Shown piece by piece: positions 1-9,023 of a stretch of DNA of 33,866 nucleotides (position 1 is the stretch's first letter; every line of letters begins with the position of its first letter). The translations under genes and the position numbers were made by a program. Origin of the DNA: a virus (lineage: Duplodnaviria; Caudoviricetes); the IMG/VR virus record IMGVR_UViG_3300032225_002000, positions 1 to 33,866 of that record, one strand, 5' to 3'. The notes below the pieces were generated by a model. That model was not told where the DNA came from, did no database searches, and was given only the letters and a program-made list of their open reading frames with translations.

Positions 1-1040
1 ACCAAAGTCAATATTTACATTAGAAGCAGCAGTAATTCTACCTTTAGAATCTACAGAAAATGTTGGTACTTGAGTAGAAGATCCATAAGTAGATGAAGTA
101 ACTCCAGTGGTACTTAGACCAGTTGAAATGGTAATATTTTGAGTTCCATCAAATGTAACTCCAGCACCAATTACTTCACCATTAATAGCAATACTTCTTG
201 GAGTTTGTAATTTAGTTGCGCTATCTGCATTACCAATAAAAGTACCATCAAATTCTTTAGCATATACTTTACGCCAATAATTTGATGCTCCACCCAAATC
301 TTTACCATTAATATCTGTACCTGATGTTGCATTAGTAAAAGGTAATATTGAACTATTAACTCTAGAAGTGAAATTTACAGTATCAGTATTAGCATCCCCA
401 ATAGTGACATTACCATTAAATGTTGAAATTCCTGATACGGTTAAATTGCTTAGAGATAATAAATTACTAGATGCATTATAAACAATATCTGCATCAGTAT
501 ACACAGACTCATAATCAGCAGATAAATTATTAGAATCAACAAAAGTTGGATATAATATAGTTGATGTTGATGATGCAGTTCTAACCTTATTTGCAGATTC
601 AACAATAGCAGCACCAAAGTCAATATTTACATTAGAAGCAGCAGTAATTCTACCTTTAGAATCTACAGTTACAATACCAACTTGAGTAGAAGATCCATAA
701 GTTCCTGCCACAACTCCAGTGGTACTTAGACCAGTTGAAATGGTAATATTTTGAGTTCCATCAAATGTAACTCCAGCACCAATTACTTCACCATTAATAG
801 CAATACTTCTTGGAGTTTTTAATTTAGTTGCAGTATCTGCATTACCAAAGATAACACCATAAAAATTATTGGCATAAACATTATTCCATTTATTAAATTC
901 TGCACCAAGATCTAGAGTTCCATCAGTTGAAGGCAGTATTGAACTATTAACTCTAGAAGTGAAATTTACCGTATCAGTTATAGCATCTCCAATGGTAACA
1001 TTGCCATTAAATGATGAAATTCCAGTGACGCTCAGATTGC
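1..1040. repeat. Intragenic direct repeat of about 600 bp (1-~450 vs 613-~1040)
   Basis: 1-56 identical to 613-668 and 100-206 identical to 712-818 (offset 612); 345-450 similar to 936-1040 (offset 591). Confidence 0.9.
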
Positions 1041-2970
1041 TACTAATAACAGTAGTTCCACTGGCACTATTAAGTGTTAAATTACCTGTAGCGGTATCAA
1101 TTGTATTATCATTAGCAATACCAATTTGAATATTATCAATATAAGCACCACCATTGGCATCAATATATCCGGTAAAGGTACTAAATCCAGTAACTTGAAG
1201 ATCTCTAGTTGATGTAAGTCCAGTGACACCTAATTTTGCTAGAGTAGTTATTCCGGTTGCATTGAAATCTTTTGTTGATACGATTCCAGTAAAATATCCA
1301 TTCCTTGCAAAAAGTTCATCATAAAAAATATCATCTTTTACATATAAATTTCCCTTAACATACAAATCTCCACCAGTCGTAGTAATACCACCACTAGACG
1401 CTAATGTTGTAACTCCAACAATACTTAATTGTCCACCAACATTGAGATTCTTCTCAATTCCAACACCACCTTCAATAACAATCGAACCATTATCTTTGTT
1501 CGTGGATTCTGTTATGTCATTTATATAAAGTGTGTCATTTATCTGAGTGATTCCTGCATTAGAATCTAAAATAAGATTTCCAACATTTGTACTAAGAGTG
1601 TTTGTATCAAGTTTAATATTATCAAATGTTCCAACACCACTAACATTTAAATTGTTAATATTAACTTGATTGTCAAATGTTGCTATTCCAGTAACATTTA
1701 GATTCTTTGTGGTTGTCAAACCGGCAACATTTAAAGTATTGGTAGTGGTAACTCCAATAACATTCAAATTCCTAGTAGTTGTAATCCCACCAACTCCCAG
1801 AGTTGCTATGGTTGCTACGCCAGTTACACTTAAATTTACAAGATTTGTTCTATCAATATTAATTTCCGTGACAGTTAAGATTCCAATAAAACCGGATGTT
1901 GCAGTAATAAATCCAACTGATGTAATACCAGTTCTATTAATAATAGTAGTTCCACTGGCACTATTAAGAATTAAATTGCCTGTAGAGGTATCAATTGTAT
2001 TATCATTAGTAATACCAATTTGAATATTATCAATATAAGCACCACCATTGGCATCAATATATCCGGTAAAGGTACTAAATCCAGTAACTTGAAGATCTTT
2101 AGTTGTTGTAAGATTAGTGACATTTAATTGGGATATGGTTGCTAAACCAGTTACATTTAAATAATCAATCTCAGTTTGTCCTGTGAATCTAGAATATCCA
2201 AGAACATCAAAAAGATATTTTGGTAACGTACTACCAATACCCACACGACTGTTTATGTAATCAAATACAAAATTGACAGCACCATCAACCAATCCATTAT
2301 TGTTATGATACTGAATGTTGGTGATTGTTCCTCCAGCACCTGCTCGAAGTGTATTTTGTCCTATCCAAGTTACTCCGCCAAAATTATTTTTTACTAATAG
2401 TTGATTATCAGTTCCTGGTTGATTATTATAATCATAAATTGTTCCAGTTAATCTTATGTCACCATTAACATGAAGTTCTTGTGTTGGAAGTGTAGTTCCT
2501 ATTCCAACATAATTTGTTGTGTTATCATAGATAAGACTTGATGCTGCCTTAAAGTCATTATTATTATTGAATATAACTTGCCCCTGAGAACCTGGAGAAA
2601 ATACCGAAATAGTGACTCCTATTCCTGGAGATCCATTGGGATTTAAATATCCTTTGGCACTAATTGCTGCTCCAACAAAATTAAGTTGAGTAATGCTGCT
2701 CACACCACCAGGAGGTGTTAAAACATTTTCATCATATATTGAGATAGATCCAGGAATTAATCCGCCACCAACGGGAATCCAATATCTTTCGCCAGGATTA
2801 TTGAGAATACTTATGACTTGATATTGTTGCCCGACAGGAATTGTTGCCCCAGGAACAGAAGGATCGCCAAGATTTGGTTCTGCCTGATTTACCCCAAGAT
2901 ATCGATATCTATCATTGGTTAATTCTGATTGTGGAGTCTTTTTAGATCTTCCGCTTAAGTATTTTGCCAT
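1..2970 (-). CDS. Large tail fibre / fibre-like virion protein, truncated at window edge (>=990 aa)
   Basis: Not in the ORF track because it runs off the window. ATG at 2970, reads MAKYLSGRSKKTPQSEL... and stays open to position 1 (...ITAASNVNIDFG). Contains VGIGTT motifs, many LNVTG-type beta-strand repeats and GNADTATKLKTPRSIAING fibre motifs. Confidence 0.85.
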   Translation of the reverse strand, partial: MAKYLSGRSKKTPQSELTNDRYRYLGVNQAEPNLGDPSVPGATIPVGQQYQVISILNNPGERYWIPVGGGLIPGSISIYDENVLTPPGGVSSITQLNFVGAAISAKGYLNPNGSPGIGVTISVFSPGSQGQVIFNNNNDFKAASSLIYDNTTNYVGIGTTLPTQELHVNGDIRLTGTIYDYNNQPGTDNQLLVKNNFGGVTWIGQNTLRAGAGGTITNIQYHNNNGLVDGAVNFVFDYINSRVGIGSTLPKYLFDVLGYSRFTGQTEIDYLNVTGLATISQLNVTNLTTTKDLQVTGFSTFTGYIDANGGAYIDNIQIGITNDNTIDTSTGNLILNSASGTTIINRTGITSVGFITATSGFIGILTVTEINIDRTNLVNLSVTGVATIATLGVGGITTTRNLNVIGVTTTNTLNVAGLTTTKNLNVTGIATFDNQVNINNLNVSGVGTFDNIKLDTNTLSTNVGNLILDSNAGITQINDTLYINDITESTNKDNGSIVIEGGVGIEKNLNVGGQLSIVGVTTLASSGGITTTGGDLYVKGNLYVKDDIFYDELFARNGYFTGIVSTKDFNATGITTLAKLGVTGLTSTRDLQVTGFSTFTGYIDANGGAYIDNIQIGIANDNTIDTATGNLTLNSASGTTVISSNLSVTGISSFNGNVTIGDAITDTVNFTSRVNSSILPSTDGTLDLGAEFNKWNNVYANNFYGVIFGNADTATKLKTPRSIAINGEVIGAGVTFDGTQNITISTGLSTTGVVAGTYGSSTQVGIVTVDSKGRITAASNVNIDFGAAIVESANKVRTASSTSTILYPTFVDSNNLSADYESVYTDADIVYNASSNLLSLSNLTVSGISTFNGNVTIGDANTDTVNFTSRVNSSILPFTNATSGTDINGKDLGGASNYWRKVYAKEFDGTFIGNADSATKLQTPRSIAINGEVIGAGVTFDGTQNITISTGLSTTGVTSSTYGSSTQVPTFSVDSKGRITAASNVNIDFG
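1051..2112. repeat. Dispersed intragenic repeat (1051-1218 vs 1945-2112)
   Basis: Offset 894 nt; 1117-1204 identical to 2011-2098; encodes DLQVTGFSTFTGYIDANGGAYIDNIQIGI twice. Confidence 0.9.
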
Positions 2971-2973
2971 TTC

Positions 2974-3633
2974 TTATACTAAACTATTCTCTAGAATGCT
3001 GCAAATAAATTCCATCTGCAATGGTGCAACTAATCCACCACTTACATAGGTGTGAGTAATTCCGGCACCCACACCAGAATTAGTCACAAATGTTTTTGAA
3101 GTTCCTACATTACCAACGATTGAAGTTATAGTAAAAGATGCTTGTGGTGATGGGAAAATAGTTGTTGTAATTCCAGTTGATCCAGTGCAGGTAAATTTAA
3201 GTCCACTCATCGTGACTTGATCATTTGCAATAAAATTATGAGCGGTTAAAGTTGTAATCGTAGTAATTCCAGTGTAAGTATCATATTTACAATCACTAAC
3301 TGTTACAATACCAGATTGAGTTCCCTGTATTACAATAGAATCTGAAATAAGTGCCGTTCTTTCTAGGACTAATCTACCATCAATAATAATCAAACTATCA
3401 TTTGGAGGAATTTCAGATTCTTTAATGACTCTAATATTTCTAATATTCGCCGTTTTATTTGTCTTTCTTCTGTGAGTAAATGTGATTGTTGGATATGTAT
3501 TGACACCAACATTTGCAACCTGAGCATAAAGTATAATTGAAGAAACACCTGTGGGAGTAGAATATACTGTCTGCTCTCCCGGTGCAACTGGAACTGCAAT
3601 TGTTAAAAACTTATTAACTGGTGCGACTGCCAT
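2974..3633 (-). CDS. Putative virion structural protein (fibre-associated)
   Basis: 219 aa, Thr/Val/Gly-rich all-beta composition (YDTYTGITTITT..HNF..NDQVTMSGL), between two fibre genes with 3-nt spacing. Confidence 0.6.
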   Translation of the reverse strand: MAVAPVNKFLTIAVPVAPGEQTVYSTPTGVSSIILYAQVANVGVNTYPTITFTHRRKTNKTANIRNIRVIKESEIPPNDSLIIIDGRLVLERTALISDSIVIQGTQSGIVTVSDCKYDTYTGITTITTLTAHNFIANDQVTMSGLKFTCTGSTGITTTIFPSPQASFTITSIVGNVGTSKTFVTNSGVGAGITHTYVSGGLVAPLQMEFICSILENSLV

Positions 3634-3636
3634 TTT

Positions 3637-6519
3637 TTATCTCAATGCAAGAATTAAAGGTGTAACTTGTGCCTGTATTGCTTTACTGAAATCTCGACCA
3701 CGAACTGTTGCTGTTGTTTGATCTACTTGAATACCTTCACCAATATTAAAGTTTCCTTTTTGGTCAGTACTTGTATAAGGTATTTGAGCACCATCAATAG
3801 CAATAATTTCATTATCTTTGATGGGTACAGCACCTTTCAAAGGAGTTGATGTATTTATGTCCGTACCAGTACCAATATATTCAAAAGAGTGACCACTTGT
3901 GAGAATGCGACTAATTCTTCTCATTTCAATTGCATCACCAGCATAAACAAGGTAAGGAACAAACTCATTCAAAATAACAGTTGTAATACCAGTCACTGGT
4001 GTTGTTGGTGTTGCCTCGGAAACTGTATAATAAATTGGTTCCATGACCGCAACCAAATCATTAGTTGGAGTGCCATTAATCCTAACTTTTATGTTTTGAG
4101 AAGAAAGATAATTTCTTCCACTATTCACAAGATCAATAGCAGTGATTACTCCACCATCACTAATTGTTGGAGAAACTTCTGCAATAATTCCTTCTGGGCC
4201 CAATGGATTTGTATTATTTGTATTGGCATCGTAAATACTAATATCTGGTGGTGATCCTATACTATAACCTGAACCACCATTAATCACTGTGATGGATTTT
4301 AATCTCTGTAATGGTGCGGTAATAATCCCAGTTTGTCCGGTATTATAATTTGAAAGATTAATCTTAAACCAGAGTGCCTGACCATCATAAGGTCTTCTTA
4401 CTTGAGTTCCGTCATTTACATTATAGAAGGTAATTATATCCTCTTCTTGGGTTGTGGTTGTGCTGACAATTCCAGTAAATTCCGTTCTACCTAAACCAAC
4501 CGCATATAATCCATAATTGCCAAATGATGAGTTGGAGTTTGTAAGATCACATTGCCCCCCAGTATCGACATAAATTGCCTTATCACAGTTAATCGTGAAT
4601 ATTGAAACTAACTGAGCATATCCATTATTTGTAATAGAGACACCAATACCCGCCTCATTATATTGTGTAAATGAGTCGCAAACCATGCACTTAAGATCTG
4701 CACCAATTGTGGAAGAAACTGCATGATCACCGTTAATCTTCATTCCTATACTTAAAGGCATAAAGTTGGTGCAGTTTCTTACATATGGTGATCTCCATCT
4801 TCCACTGGGGCCTTCTGTAGCGGGCCCAGGTGCAGTATATCCACTTACTGCCCCATAAGAGTTTCCCGATAATATATCGGAAGTTGTTGGTGGGAATGCA
4901 AGAGCACCTCCACCAGGATTTGATTGCCCAGTATCACAGGTAAAGTTAAGATTTTCAATTAAACAACCTCTTCTTACATGAAAAATATCTTTACCACTAT
5001 TTTGTGGAACAATAGTTACAAGACGTAAATCTTGCCCAGATACTGAAACATCGGTGCGAAGACCAATTGGGTTATTCTCATAATAGACACCAGAACGAAT
5101 AAAAATTGTATCTCCAGTTTCTGCAATCGATGCCGCTGCACCAATAGTTCTTTTTGCATCTCCTTCCAAATATCCACTATTTGAATCATTTCCATCTATT
5201 GTAACCCAAATGGCATTTTGAGTTTGAACTCCTGGAGGTCTCCAAGAAACTCCAGTACCCACAGATGCCAATCGATAATCAAATTTTCCAAGTGCGGTGC
5301 TATTATTACTATCAATTATTGCCTTTCTAAATTTAACATCATTTGCTAAATCAATATTAAATTGTGGATTATTAGTTCCTATACCTACAGAACCAATTCC
5401 AGTTGTTGTGATTACTGTTCCACTAGGCCCAACTTGAAGAGTATCTTTAAGTGTAGTTGCACCATCAACATTTAAAGTTGTATCTAAGTCTGTAGCACCT
5501 TTTACATTTAAAGTAGTTTGAAGTACTGTAGCACCATCAACATTTAAAGTTGTATCTAAGTCTGTAGCACCTTTTACATTTAAAGTAGTTTGTAATGTAG
5601 TTGCGCCATCAACATTTAAAGTTGTATCTAAGTCTGTAGCACCTTTTACATTAAGCGTATTTTGAAGTACTGTAGCACCATCAACATTTAATTTTGAATC
5701 AAAATCAACATCTCCAGTAGCATGAAGAGTTCCGGTAATATCTAAAGTTGATGTTGGATTACTATTTTGAATCCCTACATTTGTCATTCTATAAATGCTT
5801 TCAGAACTTGTAAATCCCCATAGATCTTTAGTCTGAATATCCGCTATAAAATTTGGATTGGATGGATTCGGAATTGGAATAAGATTATCTGTTCCTATAC
5901 CAAGACTGTTAAGTTGTTTGAAGTTTAATACTGTAAATGATTTTGCTAATCCTGCGGTAGGTATATAAACTCCCTCATCTTGAACATATATTGCATTAGT
6001 ATAATTAGGAACAGCAGAAACCCATCGTATTCCAGAATTATCAACATTTAGATAATATCCATTTATTCCTGGCGAATTAACAGAATCGTAAATAAAATCA
6101 TCAATTTTTACACTTCCACCAACATCAAGTTTCTGTTCTGGTATAGTAGTTGTTCCGATACCAACATTTCCAGTAAATAGTGCATTTCCATCTACATCAA
6201 ATTTTTGTATTGGGTCAGTTCTTCCTACTCCAACTTTTCCAGTATTTGAAGATGCTCTTAATACTGTTCCACCAATTCCTACATCTAATCTATCTCTAAC
6301 TGTTAAAATACCAACAGATAATCCAGTATCAATATAAACATCATCATGAAAAGTAGATCTTCCGTATACTTCTAACTCTCCGTGTATAATTACATTATTA
6401 AATTCAATAGGATCATTTTTTCTAAAATCATAATATAAAGTTCCATATACATATACATCCTTAAAGAATTTAGCATCTTCATTAAAAAATGAAGGAGAAC
6501 CTACAACATAATCTGTCAT
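3637..6519 (-). CDS. Tail fibre/spike protein with 12-aa shaft repeats and a pectate-lyase-like beta-helix domain
   Basis: 960 aa; VGIGTT motifs; TLNVDGAT/TLNVKGAT repeats; WVTIDGNDSNSG..AKRTIGAA..GDTIFIRSGVYYE is the typical N-cap of right-handed beta-helix domains. Confidence 0.75.
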   Translation of the reverse strand: MTDYVVGSPSFFNEDAKFFKDVYVYGTLYYDFRKNDPIEFNNVIIHGELEVYGRSTFHDDVYIDTGLSVGILTVRDRLDVGIGGTVLRASSNTGKVGVGRTDPIQKFDVDGNALFTGNVGIGTTTIPEQKLDVGGSVKIDDFIYDSVNSPGINGYYLNVDNSGIRWVSAVPNYTNAIYVQDEGVYIPTAGLAKSFTVLNFKQLNSLGIGTDNLIPIPNPSNPNFIADIQTKDLWGFTSSESIYRMTNVGIQNSNPTSTLDITGTLHATGDVDFDSKLNVDGATVLQNTLNVKGATDLDTTLNVDGATTLQTTLNVKGATDLDTTLNVDGATVLQTTLNVKGATDLDTTLNVDGATTLKDTLQVGPSGTVITTTGIGSVGIGTNNPQFNIDLANDVKFRKAIIDSNNSTALGKFDYRLASVGTGVSWRPPGVQTQNAIWVTIDGNDSNSGYLEGDAKRTIGAAASIAETGDTIFIRSGVYYENNPIGLRTDVSVSGQDLRLVTIVPQNSGKDIFHVRRGCLIENLNFTCDTGQSNPGGGALAFPPTTSDILSGNSYGAVSGYTAPGPATEGPSGRWRSPYVRNCTNFMPLSIGMKINGDHAVSSTIGADLKCMVCDSFTQYNEAGIGVSITNNGYAQLVSIFTINCDKAIYVDTGGQCDLTNSNSSFGNYGLYAVGLGRTEFTGIVSTTTTQEEDIITFYNVNDGTQVRRPYDGQALWFKINLSNYNTGQTGIITAPLQRLKSITVINGGSGYSIGSPPDISIYDANTNNTNPLGPEGIIAEVSPTISDGGVITAIDLVNSGRNYLSSQNIKVRINGTPTNDLVAVMEPIYYTVSEATPTTPVTGITTVILNEFVPYLVYAGDAIEMRRISRILTSGHSFEYIGTGTDINTSTPLKGAVPIKDNEIIAIDGAQIPYTSTDQKGNFNIGEGIQVDQTTATVRGRDFSKAIQAQVTPLILALR
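5445..5710. repeat. Tandem repeat, 72-nt unit made of two 36-nt halves, about 3.5 copies
   Basis: gc(a/g)ccatcaacatttaa recurs at 5459, 5531, 5603 and 5675. Confidence 0.9.
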
Positions 6520-6520
6520 C

Positions 6521-7096
6521 TTACAATCCTATGAGTGATGTTATACCTGATGTTGGGCCACTAAATGCTGCTTTTACAATATCTTGACCAACGAAAGTTC
6601 CGTTAAAAATAATTTCACCAAAACTGGTTCCCTCAGGTATAAGATTGCCAGTTAAACCATTTGCATCTAATTTATTCCCTTTCAATAATACTCTTCCAGA
6701 ACCAGCATCTAATGTAATATTTCTTCCCGCTTTAATATCAACATCTTCATCAGCATCAATCATAATATTTTGAGCACGAATTCGCACTCTTCCATTTTTT
6801 TCTGCAGTGATGCAAACATCACCATTTCTACCACTAATAACAATATCTACTCCATTTGAATTACTTTTTTGACCAGCAATAATTTCTATAGAGTGATCAT
6901 TATAGATTTTATAATTTCCACCTTCACTCAATCCAGTAAGACATACATCATTATTATTAGTTACTGCATAAATGTTATAAACCTCAGTACCATTACACCC
7001 CATCTGAGGATTGTTCATATCTATTCTGAACTTTGGCCCGAAGCTTGATATGCTTCTACCTTGCCAATTTTGCTTATCAAAAGGTCTTTCTGCCAT
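6521..7096 (-). CDS. Putative baseplate spike beta-helix protein (gp5 C-terminal-like)
   Basis: Directly follows gp5; 8-residue-periodic strands (NIMIDADEDVDIKAGRNITLDAG) typical of gp5/VgrG triple beta-helix. Confidence 0.55.
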   Translation of the reverse strand: MAERPFDKQNWQGRSISSFGPKFRIDMNNPQMGCNGTEVYNIYAVTNNNDVCLTGLSEGGNYKIYNDHSIEIIAGQKSNSNGVDIVISGRNGDVCITAEKNGRVRIRAQNIMIDADEDVDIKAGRNITLDAGSGRVLLKGNKLDANGLTGNLIPEGTSFGEIIFNGTFVGQDIVKAAFSGPTSGITSLIGL

Positions 7097-7097
7097 T

Positions 7098-9023
7098 TTA
7101 TGTCACACAATCGATTACTTGTTTTACTTCACCTTGGAATTTCGTTGGAACTACATCAAGTATTGGTTTCAATATTGCACCAGAACCAGTATCTGAATTA
7201 ATAGTAATTATTGGAAGATCATTTACAGTAATAATATCTGTAGAAGTTGTAGATGTTCCGGTAGATGTATTAGTATTTATTGAATTTGCCTTGATTATAG
7301 ATCCTTCAAATACTTCTATGGAATATAAATTGCCAAATTGATCTGTTGCATTATCAGTTGATTCATAATTTTGTCCAGGATTTTGAATTAGAATCTCACT
7401 TACAATATAATTTTGAATAAACTCAACTGGATAATTTTCACCTTCTGATACAATATAAACCGAGGTAACTTCTCCAGAATCATTAATTATTGCTCGTCCA
7501 ATTGCACCATATCCCTGATTACAATTATCGGATATCTCCACAAATGGTGGGAATTTATATCCAAAACCACCATCAATTATCTTTGCTCCAATAACACTTC
7601 CAGTTATTCCAGAAATTGCTCCCATTAGTGATATTGCACTAGCACCAGATCCGCCGCCACCAAAAATACTAATGGTAGGAGCACCACAATTAAATGATGG
7701 GCCGGTGTAACAATTGCCAATTTGATTTGGAAGATTATTTGCCGTTTCTAAAATTTTATCAAAACTAGGAATTATGGCATTTGTCGGCCCGCAACCAATT
7801 ATCCATTGATCTATAATACCATCAGATTTTCCTCTACTCTGATTACAATCAAACATTCCAACAACACCTTTAATTGAATCTACACTTACCCTCAAAAAAT
7901 TATCAACACTAAATGATGAGAAGAATTGTAAAATTTTTTCAACTCCACCGATTGCAGATTCTAATCCACTAGAAATTTTTCCAATAATTCCATTAATAAG
8001 TGATCCAACGAATTGATCGGCAGCACAACTTACAAAATTTTCAACATTATCTATTGTAGATGTGAGAATATCTCTTATAATATTTCCCAATGAACCAATA
8101 ATTGCTCCAGCAACACAAGGAATTGCTTTTTGCAATACTTGAACTGGAGGAACCATTGCAGTTTGTGCTTCAACACCGGCAAGATGAGCAGCACCAGGAT
8201 TTGCGGTTGCTAATAAAACAATACCATAAACTTGATTATATAACAATTTCAGACCACTATTCAATAATTTTGTCAGGTGCGTATATAATCCATTCATCAT
8301 ATTACCGACAAGACCATTTGAAATTGCCTGTATTTTATCAACTACGCGATTGATTTCATTTTTGATATTTGTAAATATTGAAGGAGCTTTAGACTTATTA
8401 AGTAAATTTTCAACCTCAGTAGATATCTTGCCAACAAGAGTATTGTCTACAGTATTTGCAAATTGAATTTTATCACCAATTGCACTGAAGTATGAGATTT
8501 CATCATCGGCAATTTTTTTTGCTTGTTCTGGAGATATATTTCTTGGAGACTTTTGCGAATCTGCGTTTTGTTCACTTGATTGGTCAGGTTTGACTGTACC
8601 GTTTGGTTTTTTAACTTTATTAGTATATCCAGTAAATGGTTGAAATGGGCCCGAAGTATTGGAAGTAAGAACCTGTGAAGTTCTTCCAAAACATCCCATA
8701 ATTACGGGAGTCTGAGCATTATCACCATCTAAGAAAAATCCAAAAACAACATCACCAGGAGAAATCTTTACGCTAGTTGCATGATTTCCGGCACCGGTTC
8801 CTGAAGTTGTTGAAAGTAAACACTGTGCCCAAGGTAAATCTTCATCTGGAAGTTCGGTAAGATTATAGGGATGATATCCCATAATACGAACTTTAAATCT
8901 ATTTCCCCATCCACCACCATTTATCTGAGCACCATGAGCACTTTCCGGAGGAATTTGTCCAATCCACCAACGAAATCCGTCTCTTCCTAGAAAATTACTT
9001 TTGAATAAAGATTCTTGTATCAT
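7098..9023 (-). CDS. gp5: Baseplate hub/central spike protein gp5 (OB-fold N-terminus)
   Basis: GRDGFRWWIG..NRFKVRIMGYHP..LPDEDLPWA..GDVVFGFFLDG..QTPVIMG matches the T4 gp5 OB-fold pattern. Confidence 0.85.
   Translation of the reverse strand: MIQESLFKSNFLGRDGFRWWIGQIPPESAHGAQINGGGWGNRFKVRIMGYHPYNLTELPDEDLPWAQCLLSTTSGTGAGNHATSVKISPGDVVFGFFLDGDNAQTPVIMGCFGRTSQVLTSNTSGPFQPFTGYTNKVKKPNGTVKPDQSSEQNADSQKSPRNISPEQAKKIADDEISYFSAIGDKIQFANTVDNTLVGKISTEVENLLNKSKAPSIFTNIKNEINRVVDKIQAISNGLVGNMMNGLYTHLTKLLNSGLKLLYNQVYGIVLLATANPGAAHLAGVEAQTAMVPPVQVLQKAIPCVAGAIIGSLGNIIRDILTSTIDNVENFVSCAADQFVGSLINGIIGKISSGLESAIGGVEKILQFFSSFSVDNFLRVSVDSIKGVVGMFDCNQSRGKSDGIIDQWIIGCGPTNAIIPSFDKILETANNLPNQIGNCYTGPSFNCGAPTISIFGGGGSGASAISLMGAISGITGSVIGAKIIDGGFGYKFPPFVEISDNCNQGYGAIGRAIINDSGEVTSVYIVSEGENYPVEFIQNYIVSEILIQNPGQNYESTDNATDQFGNLYSIEVFEGSIIKANSINTNTSTGTSTTSTDIITVNDLPIITINSDTGSGAILKPILDVVPTKFQGEVKQVIDCVT

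Noticed and set aside
1670-2023. Plus-strand 117-aa ORF and the other antisense or nested ORFs in the track (e.g. 3889-4254, 12828-13028, 14560-14856, 23254-23571, 25073-25399, 31409-31723)
   Set aside because: Shadow frames of well-supported genes, with no recognisable motifs or expression signals.
1-2112. Diversity-generating retroelement TR/VR pair in the fibre repeats
   Set aside because: Differences are not adenine-specific, both copies are in-frame coding modules and no reverse transcriptase is in the window.
5445-5710. CRISPR-like array (36-nt periodicity)
   Set aside because: No unique spacers; it is an in-frame coding tandem repeat.
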